Assembly (NCBI GenBank): GCA_902538705.1
Contig: CACBGD010000001.1
Location: 64,022-128,021, forward strand
Direction of reading: 5' to 3'
Source of the DNA: an uncultured SAR86 cluster bacterium
GTDB taxonomy: Bacteria > Pseudomonadota > Gammaproteobacteria > Magnimaribacterales > D2472
Length of the DNA stretch: 64,000 nucleotides
The position numbers were made by a program, and so were the translations under genes. Shown piece after piece: positions 1-10,185 of the stretch (the first letter of the stretch is position 1; every line of letters begins with the position of its first letter). The notes under the pieces were generated by a model that did no database searches, was not told the origin of the DNA, and saw only the letters and a program-made list of their open reading frames with translations.

Positions 1-384
1 AGCGGTTTGTTTTGTTTTTATTTCACCCTTTCCATCGATTGGATTTCCTAAAGCATCCACTACGCGCCCAAGCATCTCTTCACCAACAGGAACTTCTAAA
101 ATCTTTCCTGTACATGTAACTTTTTGACCTTCACTTAACCCAAGATAGTCACCAAGCACAACCACACCAACAGAGTCTTGCTCTAAGTTAAGTGCAAGTC
201 CAAAAACTCCATTTTCAAACTCTACGAGCTCACCATACATAACATCACCCATCCCATGTATTCTGATAATTCCATCAGAAACGTTAACGATGGTCCCTTC
301 ATTTTTAGTTTCAGCTTTTAGATCTAGCCCTGAAATTTTGTCCTTGAGAACGCTTGAAATTTCAGATGGGTTTAGTCCACTCAT
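1..384 (-). CDS. atpA: F0F1 ATP synthase subunit alpha, N-terminal fragment that runs off the window edge
   Basis: Not in the ORF track. Manual translation from the ATG at 384-382 (minus) gives [80 protein letters not shown]..., a typical F1-alpha N-terminal barrel. It follows atpH in the canonical atpBEFHA order. Confidence 0.9.
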   Translation of the reverse strand, partial: MSGLNPSEISSVLKDKISGLDLKAETKNEGTIVNVSDGIIRIHGMGDVMYGELVEFENGVFGLALNLEQDSVGVVVLGDYLGLSEGQKVTCTGKILEVPVGEEMLGRVVDALGNPIDGKGEIKTKQTA

Positions 385-393
385 ATTTTCACC

Positions 394-927
394 TTATATA
401 TTTAATTGGTTAATTAATTTTTTGATTCTTCCTTTTATTGATAAGTCCAGAACTTCGTCTCCGATTTTTACGACAAACCCTGCTTTTAAGTCTGAATTAT
501 TTATAAAGGAAATGGTTGAGCCATTTCCATGTTTGTCTTGTAATTTTTTAAGAATAATTTCTTTTGTTGTTTCTGAGAGATTGTTAGGAGTTGAAACCTC
601 TATAACTTTGCTTTCATTGTGTTTGAGCATTAAATCCTCGTAAATCTCAGCAATAGCTGCGAGTAAGTTTAGTCTGTCATTCTCTCCGAGAATATCTAAT
701 AAGTTTTCAGTAAGTTTAACTGGCTGGTTGGAGAATAAACCTTTTAGGGTTGATACAACTACTGATTTTTCTTCTGGGCTTTCAATAAGCTTGTTAACAC
801 TTGAGTCTGAACAAGCCTCTGAAAGGACTTTTAAATCACCAAACATCTCATTTATTTGACCCTCTTCCACTGCTGCAAGAAATGCTGCTTTCGCATAAGG
901 TCTTGCTTGTGGCTTTAGGTCATACAT
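394..927 (-). CDS. atpH: ATP synthase subunit delta (OSCP)
   Basis: 177 aa. Its position between atpF and atpA and its N-terminus (ARPYAKAAF...) are typical of delta subunits. Confidence 0.85.
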   Translation of the reverse strand: MYDLKPQARPYAKAAFLAAVEEGQINEMFGDLKVLSEACSDSSVNKLIESPEEKSVVVSTLKGLFSNQPVKLTENLLDILGENDRLNLLAAIAEIYEDLMLKHNESKVIEVSTPNNLSETTKEIILKKLQDKHGNGSTISFINNSDLKAGFVVKIGDEVLDLSIKGRIKKLINQLNI

Positions 928-1398
928 TTAAATTTCCTCAGCTGCTTTTTTAATAATATTTTCGTGTTTTTTCTCATCAATTTCTTCATCGATTATTTTT
1001 GATGCAGTCTCAACCACGATAGAAGAAAGTTGTTGTTTTAGTTCTTCTCTTGTTTTATTAGCCTCATTCTCGAGTTTTTTGGAGCCTGATTCAATAATCT
1101 TTTCAGCCTCAGCTTCAGCTTTTACTTTGGCATCATTTAAAATTTGTGAAGATCTATTGTTGGCTTTTTCAACAATGTTTGCAGCCTCTTCTTTAGCTTC
1201 TTTTAACTCTTTTTCATAGGTTAGTTTAGCTTCCTCAAGGGAGTCATCAGCCTGCTTTGCAGCCTCAAGACCTGCAGCCATTTTATTTTCCCTCTCCTCC
1301 ATAGTAGAAAGGATTGGAGGCCAAATATATTTGTAACAAATGTAAACAAACACTGCAAAAATCAATGCTTGTGAAATTAATGTAGCGTTTATATTCAT
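928..1398 (-). CDS. atpF: ATP synthase F0 subunit b
   Basis: 156 aa with one N-terminal TM helix followed by a long charged A/E/K-rich helix. Operon position fits. Confidence 0.85.
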   Translation of the reverse strand: MNINATLISQALIFAVFVYICYKYIWPPILSTMEERENKMAAGLEAAKQADDSLEEAKLTYEKELKEAKEEAANIVEKANNRSSQILNDAKVKAEAEAEKIIESGSKKLENEANKTREELKQQLSSIVVETASKIIDEEIDEKKHENIIKKAAEEI

Positions 1399-1404
1399 TT
1401 GTGA

Positions 1405-1656
<252 letters not shown>

Positions 1657-1664
1657 TTATAAAC

Positions 1665-2558
<894 letters not shown>

Positions 2559-2594
2559 TTATAGAAAGATAATTGGTATGAAACAAGGATAATT

Positions 2595-3431
2595 CTAAAG
2601 TTTAAGAAGTTTTTGAATTATGGTCTCCAACTCATCTGGTGAATGATAAAAAATTGATACTTTACCGGTCTTGGTTGTTTTTGTATCTATTTCTGTTTTA
2701 TGTCCAAAGTTTCCACTAATTTCATCTTCTATATTTAGTGTGTCTCTGTCTTTTTCTTTTGTTTTTGTTGTTTTTTTAGCTGGTTTTAGCAATGCCTCGG
2801 CCTGTCTCACGGTGAGTTTTTTTTGCGAAATTACTTCTGCTAGCTGTTCTGATTTTGTGGTCTCTAAGCTTGACAGAATTTTTGCATGTCCTTTCTCTAA
2901 AGATCCTTGAGAAATCATATCTAATATTTTTGGCGACAAAGAAAGTATTCTCATAGAGTTTGCTATTGTGCTTCTTGCTTTGCCGGTTGCTTTAGCAATT
3001 TCGTCTTGAGTTAATTCAAACTCTCTTTTCAATCGGTCATATCCTCTAGCTTCTTCAACCGGGTTTAAGTCTTCTCTCTGCAGGTTTTCAATAAGTGCGG
3101 CTTCAAGGGCTTCTTGATCTTCTTTTTGGTTAACAAGAGAAGGAATTGTTTTTAAGCCTGCAATTTTTGAGGCTCTAACTCTTCTCTCTCCGGCTATGAC
3201 CTCAAATTTATCAAGCCCAACCTCTCGAACTAAGATTGGAGATAAAACCCCGTGCTTTTTGATTGAGTCAGCAAGTTCTTGGATTTTCACATCATCAAAC
3301 TCTTGTCGTGGTTGGTACCTTCCAGCTGTTATTTTTTCTAGATCGATTTCTTTTGTTGTTGAGGTAAGTTTTTGATCGCCTAAGAGGGCATCAAGTCCGC
3401 GGTTTAAAGATTTGTTATCGCTCATTTTCAA
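2595..3431 (-). CDS. parB: Chromosome partitioning protein ParB (Spo0J)
   Basis: 278 aa with the ParB box GERRVRASKIAG and an HTH region (QDEIAKATGKARSTIANSMR). It overlaps parA by 17 nt. Confidence 0.9.
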   Translation of the reverse strand: MKMSDNKSLNRGLDALLGDQKLTSTTKEIDLEKITAGRYQPRQEFDDVKIQELADSIKKHGVLSPILVREVGLDKFEVIAGERRVRASKIAGLKTIPSLVNQKEDQEALEAALIENLQREDLNPVEEARGYDRLKREFELTQDEIAKATGKARSTIANSMRILSLSPKILDMISQGSLEKGHAKILSSLETTKSEQLAEVISQKKLTVRQAEALLKPAKKTTKTKEKDRDTLNIEDEISGNFGHKTEIDTKTTKTGKVSIFYHSPDELETIIQKLLKL

Positions 3432-4179
3432 CTCTTCTAATTAGCTCACCGGCCAGAGCTAGGTAAGCCATTGCGCCAAAAGAATCTGCTTTATGCTGTA
3501 GTGCAGAAACTCCAAAGCTTGGGGCTTCAGCAAGTTTAACATTTCTCGGTATTAGTGTATTAAATAAAATTTTCTCGAAGTGTGTCTCAAGCTCTCGCGA
3601 AACCTCTTTTGCTAAATTGTTTCTCATGTCTACCATTGTTCTAATAATGCCAATCACTCTGTTATTGGTGTTAGTTTTAGATGAGAGTGCGCTTATAGTG
3701 TTAATTAGGTCAGTTAGTCCTTCAAGTGAATAATACTCGCACTGCAGCGGTATTAATGTTCCCGCTGATGAAAGTAATGCTTCTGTCGTTAATTGGTTTA
3801 AAGTTGGTGGAGTGTCAATTATTGTATAGTCATATGTGTTTTGGACTTCATTGAGCTGTGACGCGAGAAAACCTTGTTTATGGTTATCCCTTATATCAAC
3901 ATCAAGCGCAATTAGCTCCTGCCCCCCAGGGATAATTGAATAGCTATCTCTGCTTTCTTTGATAACCTCCTTGATGTTTTTCCCTTCGAAATAGGTTGCA
4001 TAAAGGGTATCTGTCTCGTTTTTGGTAACCCCTGCTGCGGATGTGGCATTTCCTTGTGGATCCATGTCGATTAATAGGGTTTTTCTTCCGGTTGCCGCCA
4101 AACTTGCGGCTAAATTTACAGCTGTTGTTGTTTTTCCTACGCCGCCTTTTTGGTTTGCAATGGCAAGGGTTTTATTCAT
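3415..4179 (-). CDS. parA: Chromosome partitioning ATPase ParA (Soj)
   Basis: 254 aa with the deviant Walker A motif NQKGGVGKTTT. Lies in the parA-parB pair downstream of rsmG. Confidence 0.9.
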   Translation of the reverse strand: MNKTLAIANQKGGVGKTTTAVNLAASLAATGRKTLLIDMDPQGNATSAAGVTKNETDTLYATYFEGKNIKEVIKESRDSYSIIPGGQELIALDVDIRDNHKQGFLASQLNEVQNTYDYTIIDTPPTLNQLTTEALLSSAGTLIPLQCEYYSLEGLTDLINTISALSSKTNTNNRVIGIIRTMVDMRNNLAKEVSRELETHFEKILFNTLIPRNVKLAEAPSFGVSALQHKADSFGAMAYLALAGELIRRVENER

Positions 4180-4741
4180 TTTGTATCTTGAGTATGTGTT
4201 TTTCTTTTTTGTTTTCTATTTTTATTATTTCATAGTTTTCTTTTGATATGTTGGCATCTTCGATCTCTTTGTTGATAGTCTCAAGCTTTCCTTTTAGCAG
4301 CATAAGGGTAAAAGGCTTCTCTAAAAAACTATTGGCTATATCTATTGTTTTTTTTGTAGAGGCAAACGCTTTGGTGACAACACAATCTACCTTTTTGTTT
4401 ATTTTTGTGTTTTTGTTAACGCTTCCTATGGTTGTTGCATTTTCTATTTCAAGCAGCTTAATTGTTTTTTTTAGATGATAGTTTTTTTTATTGTTTTTTT
4501 CAGACAAATATATGTTTTTATTTTCGTTAAAAATTGCGAGGGGCATGCCTGGTAGCCCACTCCCTGTACCTATATCTAGTATGTTTTTATATTGATTTAA
4601 GTGTTTTGTTAGGGCTTTTGCTTCCTCAATGGCCTCGTCTATTATTTTGTCTGTGTTTTTTCTTGATATTAGATTGTGGTTTTTGTTGAACTTAATTGTT
4701 GCTTCTTTAAAAAGCTTTATTTTCTCGCTTTGTGACATCAC
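4172..4741 (-). CDS. rsmG: 16S rRNA (guanine527-N7)-methyltransferase
   Basis: 189 aa with a SAM-binding motif (DIGTGSGLPGMPLAI). Sits in the conserved mnmG-rsmG-parAB order. Confidence 0.8.
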   Translation of the reverse strand: MMSQSEKIKLFKEATIKFNKNHNLISRKNTDKIIDEAIEEAKALTKHLNQYKNILDIGTGSGLPGMPLAIFNENKNIYLSEKNNKKNYHLKKTIKLLEIENATTIGSVNKNTKINKKVDCVVTKAFASTKKTIDIANSFLEKPFTLMLLKGKLETINKEIEDANISKENYEIIKIENKKEKHILKIQNE

Positions 4742-6549
4742 TATTTATTTTTTTTAGCAATTGCCACAGTGATTAGGCTTATTGCGGCTGGCGTTACTCC
4801 CTCTAGCCTGGAAGCGTCACCGATTGTTTTTGGTCTGCTTGTAGAAAGCCTTTCTTTTACTTCAGCTGACAACCCTTGTATCTCTGTAAAGTTTATTTCA
4901 ATGGGGATGTGTTTTTTTAAGCTTTTTTCGTTCCTTTTAATTTCTCGAAGTTGTTTTTTTATGTAGCCCTCATATTTACACTCGTTTGCCAGTCGCTCGA
5001 GGTTTTCTTGGTCTTCGGTTTCTATCAGTTTGGCAATTTTCTTTAAGTCTGGATTAGGTTTTTTTAAAAAGTCTCTTAGCTTTTGGTTTTTGTTTTCCGC
5101 TGAGATTGTTTTAGCTTCGTTGAGCTTCTTAAAATTTTTATACGCTTCTTCTTGTTTTGAATATCTATTGTATTGTTCGCTCTCGACAAATCCTTTTTTG
5201 TAAAATTTCTCTGTAAGTCTTTGTTCGGCATTGTCTTGTGAAAACATTAACCTGTGCTCAGCTCTGCTAGTAAACATTCTGTATGGTTCTGTCACGCCCA
5301 GGTTTATAAGGTCGTCTATTAGTACCCCTATATACCCATCATGTCTTTCCAATATAAGGCTTTCCTCTTTGCATATTTTTAGGCTTGCATTTACTCCAGC
5401 CATTAAGCCTTGTGCAGCTGCTTCCTCATATCCTGTAGTTCCGTTTATTTGACCTGCTAAATATAAGTTCTCAACATCAATAAGTTCGAGCGTTTTGTTA
5501 AGGGCTCTCGGGTCAACAAAATCGTACTCCACGGCATAGCCGTATTCAGTTATTTCAGCGCTCTCCATGCCTTTTATTGTTTGTATAAATCTTTTTTGAT
5601 TTTCTTCAGGAAGGCTTGTTGATATTCCGTTTGGATAAACAAGGTCTACGTCTACCCCTTCTGGCTCAATGAAAATTTGATGGCTTTCTTTTAGTGGAAA
5701 TTTGTGGATTTTGTCCTCAATTGATGGACAATACCTTGGTCCTATGCCGACTATGTTTCCAGAATACATGGCAGATTTTTTAATATTGTCTGAGATTTCT
5801 TTATGTGTCTCAGTGTTGGTTCTTGTTATATAGCAGCTTATCTGCTTTATGTGTTTGGTGTTTTTACCTTTTTTTGACATCCATGGTGTTGGTTCCTCAC
5901 CCGGTTGCTCTTCCATGTTTTCCAGATCAAGCGATGTTAGCTTTATTCTTGCTGGAGTACCTGTTTTTAGTCTTCCCATAGGTAGTTTTAGAGAATAAAG
6001 TTTGTCGGCCAGTTTTATTGAGGCTTTGTCGCCAACTCTGCCTCCTTCAGTTTTTTTGTCGCCCTTGTACATTACTCCTTTTAGGAATGTTCCGGTAGTT
6101 AAGATTATTGCCTCTCCGTTTATTCTTTTCCCGCTATTTAAAAGAACAGCTTCTGCTTTGCCTTTTTTTATCTCAATATCCTCAACTTCTGCTTCTATGA
6201 CTTCAATATCTGTCCCTTTTATTATTTTCTGAACAGCCTCTTTGTATTTGTCTCTGTCGCACTGGACTCTAAGCGATCGTACTGTTTGTCCTTTTCTTGT
6301 ATTTAGAGTCCTGTACTGGATTCCGGAAGCATCTGTTGCTTCAGCCATAATGCCGCCAGCTGCATCAATTTCTTTGACAAGATGTGTTTTACCTAAGCCT
6401 CCTATTGCGGGGTTGCAAGACATCTGACCTATGGAATTTTCTGATATGCTGATTAGGCAAGTTTTAAGTTTTTTTCTATGCGCTGCATGAGCAGCTTCGC
6501 ATCCAGCGTGGCCACCACCTATAACAATTACGTCGTATTTATTATTCAT
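4741..6549 (-). CDS. mnmG: tRNA uridine 5-carboxymethylaminomethyl modification enzyme MnmG (GidA)
   Basis: 602 aa with an N-terminal FAD motif (YDVIVIGGGHAGCEAA) and strong GidA-family similarity throughout. Confidence 0.95.
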   Translation of the reverse strand: MNNKYDVIVIGGGHAGCEAAHAAHRKKLKTCLISISENSIGQMSCNPAIGGLGKTHLVKEIDAAGGIMAEATDASGIQYRTLNTRKGQTVRSLRVQCDRDKYKEAVQKIIKGTDIEVIEAEVEDIEIKKGKAEAVLLNSGKRINGEAIILTTGTFLKGVMYKGDKKTEGGRVGDKASIKLADKLYSLKLPMGRLKTGTPARIKLTSLDLENMEEQPGEEPTPWMSKKGKNTKHIKQISCYITRTNTETHKEISDNIKKSAMYSGNIVGIGPRYCPSIEDKIHKFPLKESHQIFIEPEGVDVDLVYPNGISTSLPEENQKRFIQTIKGMESAEITEYGYAVEYDFVDPRALNKTLELIDVENLYLAGQINGTTGYEEAAAQGLMAGVNASLKICKEESLILERHDGYIGVLIDDLINLGVTEPYRMFTSRAEHRLMFSQDNAEQRLTEKFYKKGFVESEQYNRYSKQEEAYKNFKKLNEAKTISAENKNQKLRDFLKKPNPDLKKIAKLIETEDQENLERLANECKYEGYIKKQLREIKRNEKSLKKHIPIEINFTEIQGLSAEVKERLSTSRPKTIGDASRLEGVTPAAISLITVAIAKKNK

Positions 6550-6757
6550 AATAATATTAATTATATATATTTATTGTTGTTATTATTAGGCATGCAGCAA
6601 ACTGTTGATAAGTTATCAAAAGCTTTAAAAATAATGGTTTTACAGCTTCTAACAAGTATGTGTAGAAAACCTTAATTGAGGTGAATTAAAGCGGTTGAAA
6701 TCTTGTGTATAAAAAATCATACTAAAAACAACTAACAATTTATCAACAAACAATTAA
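6550..6757. other. Candidate oriC or origin remnant: an AT-rich tract plus four DnaA-box-like 9-mers
   Basis: Largest non-coding gap in the window. The stretch 6550-6590 is almost pure A/T. Box-like 9-mers are TGTTGATAA (6603-6611, rc TTATCAACA), TTATCAAAA (6613-6621), TGTGTATAA (6704-6712, rc TTATACACA) and TTATCAACA (6740-6748), compared with consensus TTATCCACA. The gap lies next to mnmG, as oriC does in enteric and Vibrio genomes. Confidence 0.4.
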
Positions 6758-8074
6758 CTACTTTCCAATACAAAAACTAGAAAAAATCTCACCTAAAAGC
6801 TCATCACTTGTCTTTATACCAACAACCTCAGCTAACAAATCCCTGCAAGCCTTTAAGTTCTCAGCAACAACATCAAGCGACTCATTTGCTTCAATAGAAG
6901 ATGATACAAAGTCCAACCTAGAGGAAACCTCAGAAAAAATATTTATATGTCTTTCCCTGACTAAATAAGTAAGATCCTCAATCTCATCAACCGATAACCT
7001 CTCATCTAAAATCTTACGCAGTTCGTTCAGACCATCCATTTCTTTGGCTGAAACAAACAAATCAAAACCCAAAGGCCTTTTATCTGATACATCTATCTTG
7101 TTATAAACTAAAAGGTATTTTTGTTCACCAAGAAGCTCTCGAAAGAAAGAAACAGAACTCTCAGTTTCTTCATCAAAAACAAGAATTACCAAATCAGATT
7201 TCTTTATCTCATCAAAACTAATATTAATACCAGCACCTTCTATGAGATCGTCAGTATCCCTAACACCCGCACTATCGCCTAGAGTTAATACAATGTTTTG
7301 GAGAACAAGCTCTGAATCTATAAGATCCCTTGTGGTACCAGCTATTGATGAGACAATAGACCTGTCTCTGCTTAACAAAGAGTTAAATAAAGAGGATTTT
7401 CCAGAATTGGGTGGCCCAGCAATCAAAACCCGCGGCTTGTTAAAACGATCCTTTCTAGAAGAGCAAGCACCCGCAAAACTACAAAACTCAGCCGAAAGGC
7501 GAGAGACATCAGCCCCAAGCCCTGCTAGGTTTTGAATAAAAACTTCGTCTTCGTCAGTAAAATCAATTTCACCCTCAACCAAAACACGGAGAGCATCCAG
7601 TTGCCCAGAAAAATCAAATACCCGACTCTCAAAGTCGCCACCAAGAACCAAAGAAACCCTCGAGGCCTCTTCTTTAGAAGAAGCAGAAATTAGGTCGCTA
7701 ACAGCTTCAGCCTGACTTAAGGAGATTTTATTATTCAGGAAAGCCCTTTTCGAAAACTCGCCTGGTTGAGCCTCCTCAAAACCAATAGCATCAAAAACCT
7801 CTACAATCTTACTCATCACAGCGAGGCCACCATGAGCGTAAACTTCAAAACTATCTTCACCTGTAAAACTTTTTGGGCCCTTAAAAAAAACAACCGCCAC
7901 AGAATCAATAAAGGCTCCATTGTTTAACATTTCGGTTTTATAAAAGTAACGCGGCTCAACAAGCTCTGAGCTGAAAAGCTTAGAAAGAGCATCGAGACAA
8001 CCTTCACCCGAAACCCTGAAAACACAAATTGCAGATTGCGCTGGTGGCGTGGCAAGCGCATAAATTATAGACAT
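6758..8074 (-). CDS. mnmE: tRNA modification GTPase MnmE (TrmE)
   Basis: 438 aa with the G1 motif GPPNSGKSSL, then TTRD, and the characteristic C-terminal FCIGK. Confidence 0.95.
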   Translation of the reverse strand: MSIIYALATPPAQSAICVFRVSGEGCLDALSKLFSSELVEPRYFYKTEMLNNGAFIDSVAVVFFKGPKSFTGEDSFEVYAHGGLAVMSKIVEVFDAIGFEEAQPGEFSKRAFLNNKISLSQAEAVSDLISASSKEEASRVSLVLGGDFESRVFDFSGQLDALRVLVEGEIDFTDEDEVFIQNLAGLGADVSRLSAEFCSFAGACSSRKDRFNKPRVLIAGPPNSGKSSLFNSLLSRDRSIVSSIAGTTRDLIDSELVLQNIVLTLGDSAGVRDTDDLIEGAGINISFDEIKKSDLVILVFDEETESSVSFFRELLGEQKYLLVYNKIDVSDKRPLGFDLFVSAKEMDGLNELRKILDERLSVDEIEDLTYLVRERHINIFSEVSSRLDFVSSSIEANESLDVVAENLKACRDLLAEVVGIKTSDELLGEIFSSFCIGK

Positions 8075-9610
8075 TTACTTATCTTCTAAGGCGCCAAGCT
8101 CCCTGTAAAGCATTGTTTGTTGAATTAGCTGAACACCAGAGTTCGCAACTGAGTATAAAACAAGCCCAGAGGGGAAAAATATAAACAATACAGATATGCC
8201 AACCGGCATGAACTTCATAACAGCAACCTGTGTTGGGTCGGCATTCGGCGGAGTTGGGTTAAGGCGGGTTGTTAAGTACATGAGAGCAGCCATTAATACA
8301 GGAAGAACAAAAAATGGGTCAGGCGCAGAAAGATCTTGAAGCCACAAACCAAAAGGCGCATGTCTTAATTCTAGACTTTCCCTTAAAACAAAAAATAAAG
8401 CTATAAAGAAAGGAAAAGATGCCAACATAGGCAAACAGCCACCCATGGGATTAACCCCCTCTTTCTTGTACAAAGACATCATTTCCATGCTTAATTTTTG
8501 TCGATCGTTCTTATAGCGCTCCTGTATCCTCTGTAATTCTGGCTGAACACGCCTCATATTAGCCATCGACCTGAACCCTTTTCCGGTTAACGGCCAAAAA
8601 ACAACCTTAATAAGAATCGTTAATGCAATTATTGAGAGCCCCCAATTATTAACAAAACCATTAATAACAGTAAGGAGAGCGGCCAAAGGCTGGGCTAGAA
8701 ACCAAAACCACCCCATATCTATTGTGAGCTCTAAATCTTCAGCAACTGCAAGAAGGTCCTTCCTTATTTTTGGGCCTATATAAAGCCTATGCTCAAAAGA
8801 GTTGTTATTTGATGACTCAACTATATAGCCAAAACTATATATATCAGAACCATCAGACGGCTCGCGAGCAAAATATCTGTAAAGGTTTTCTTGGGAACCA
8901 ATCAAAGCAGCTAAAAAATATTTCTGAACCGAGGCAACCCAACCACCACGCTCATCAAAACTTACGTTGTCGATGTTTCTGAAGCGGTAAGACACATAAG
9001 GATCATCTTTGGTATTAAAAGCAACACCAACATAAGAGCTGCGAGAGATAAACATATCATCTAGGTCAAAACCCCTGCCTGTAGTTCTCAACATTTGGGC
9101 ATAAGGCTTTAAAACAACCAAAGAATCAAGAGAGTCTTTGATATAAACTTCATAACCATCAGACAAAGTTATTGTTTTTGATAAACCACCAGACTTTAGA
9201 ACAATCTTTTCTTTGCTTGACTCCACTATAGAGAAGCTTGGTTTGTTTGAAAGGCCTGCACTTCCAAGATCTGCAAAACCTGAAGACATATAAAATCTCA
9301 TTTGCTCGCCATCGCTATCAAGACCCGACCCAAGAACTCTAACCCCACCATTAGACCCAGGCACAACCGGATAGTCTTTTAGTCGAGAGCTCAATATGTT
9401 TCCATTCACGGCGTCAACAACTATCTCTAAAAGAGAGTTTTCTAATATATGAATTTGGGATTCATTGAAACCAGACAAATAGTTGGTGCTTACTTCTTCT
9501 TGATCGACTGCATTTGATATGTTTTGCTCACTTGTATATGAGTAAAACAACAAGTACCCAAACAAAGCGACAAAGAACAAATATAAAAACCTTAAGTTAA
9601 AACTTTTCAT
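8075..9610 (-). CDS. yidC: Membrane protein insertase YidC
   Basis: 511 aa with an N-terminal TM helix, a large periplasmic domain and a C-terminal 60-kDa insertase core (...MRRVQPELQRIQERYKNDRQKLSMEMMSLYKKEGVNPMGGCLP...). Confidence 0.9.
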   Translation of the reverse strand: MKSFNLRFLYLFFVALFGYLLFYSYTSEQNISNAVDQEEVSTNYLSGFNESQIHILENSLLEIVVDAVNGNILSSRLKDYPVVPGSNGGVRVLGSGLDSDGEQMRFYMSSGFADLGSAGLSNKPSFSIVESSKEKIVLKSGGLSKTITLSDGYEVYIKDSLDSLVVLKPYAQMLRTTGRGFDLDDMFISRSSYVGVAFNTKDDPYVSYRFRNIDNVSFDERGGWVASVQKYFLAALIGSQENLYRYFAREPSDGSDIYSFGYIVESSNNNSFEHRLYIGPKIRKDLLAVAEDLELTIDMGWFWFLAQPLAALLTVINGFVNNWGLSIIALTILIKVVFWPLTGKGFRSMANMRRVQPELQRIQERYKNDRQKLSMEMMSLYKKEGVNPMGGCLPMLASFPFFIALFFVLRESLELRHAPFGLWLQDLSAPDPFFVLPVLMAALMYLTTRLNPTPPNADPTQVAVMKFMPVGISVLFIFFPSGLVLYSVANSGVQLIQQTMLYRELGALEDK

Positions 9611-9979
9611 TTATAAAACTGCCTTTTTTAATACCTCGCTAACCTCATTATAAGCTTCTTTATAATTAAGAGCTAAAAAATCCTCTCTTACAATTATCTT
9701 AATTCCAAAAGATGTGGGGTCAAAACCCACATCAAAAATAATAGACTTGATCCTTCTTTTAATTTTGTTCCTATCAACAGCTTTAGGAAAAACATTTTTA
9801 GGTGTAGAAATAAAAATACCAAACTTGCCAGTCAAAGAAGCAGCTACAAAATTACTTGAATAGATTTTTTTAAATTGTTTTAGGGACAAGCTAAGCAGAT
9901 AAAACTTTTCTACCTTTTCTTCTTCTGTTAGAAAGAATTGCTCGACCAGCCTTGGTAGCCATGCGAGCACGAAAACCAT
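9611..9979 (-). CDS. rnpA: RNase P protein component; start uncertain
   Basis: Contains the RNR-like motif ([12 protein letters not shown]) and sits between rpmH and yidC. The ATG at 9979 implies an 89-nt out-of-frame overlap with rpmH. A TTG at 9889 would give 92 aa with no overlap. Confidence 0.7.
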   Translation of the reverse strand: MVFVLAWLPRLVEQFFLTEEEKVEKFYLLSLSLKQFKKIYSSNFVAASLTGKFGIFISTPKNVFPKAVDRNKIKRRIKSIIFDVGFDPTSFGIKIIVREDFLALNYKEAYNEVSEVLKKAVL

Positions 9980-10025
9980 GAGTTCTCTTTCTCTTGAGAT
10001 TGCTCGGTTGATAGGTTCTTTTCAT
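9891..10025 (-). CDS. rpmH: 50S ribosomal protein L34
   Basis: The track ORF (74 aa) is over-extended. The conserved L34 sequence starts at the internal Met: [44 protein letters not shown] (44 aa), with its ATG at 10025-10023. Confidence 0.9.
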   Translation of the reverse strand: MKRTYQPSNLKRKRTHGFRARMATKAGRAILSNRRRKGRKVLSA

Positions 10026-10099
10026 GATAAGTAGTAAAAAATAGAAATGCATTATACATAAAATAATGAAAATTATGTCAAAAAAAGAAGATAAAGTTA

Positions 10100-10127
10100 T
10101 TGACAAGTTATCCACAGGAAATACTAT
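10100..10127 (+). promoter_or_regulatory. Putative sigma70 dnaA promoter (TTGACA-N16-TACTAT) with an embedded perfect DnaA box
   Basis: TTGACA at 10100-10105 and TACTAT at 10122-10127. A perfect TTATCCACA at 10108-10116 lies in the spacer. This arrangement is classic for dnaA autoregulation. Confidence 0.45.
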
Positions 10128-10185
10128 TAGTTATTCTGTAGATATCTTGTTGATTTTTGCTAGACTACAGGCAAGAGGATAGAAA

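Noticed and set aside
4172-8074. A sharp local composition difference, considered as a sign of horizontal transfer. In spot checks of single 60-nt lines, rsmG gave about 20% GC, against about 45% for mnmG and for mnmE.
   Set aside because: All of these genes sit in canonical syntenic order. The GC-richer genes are the most conserved proteins, which is the usual pattern in AT-biased streamlined genomes. No integrase, tRNA or repeat boundaries are present.
10026-10115. A 30-codon N-terminal extension of rpmH (the 74-aa track ORF).
   Set aside because: L34 is universally about 44-46 aa and starts MKRT(Y/F)QPS. The extension is hydrophobic and lies in the promoter and DnaA-box spacer.
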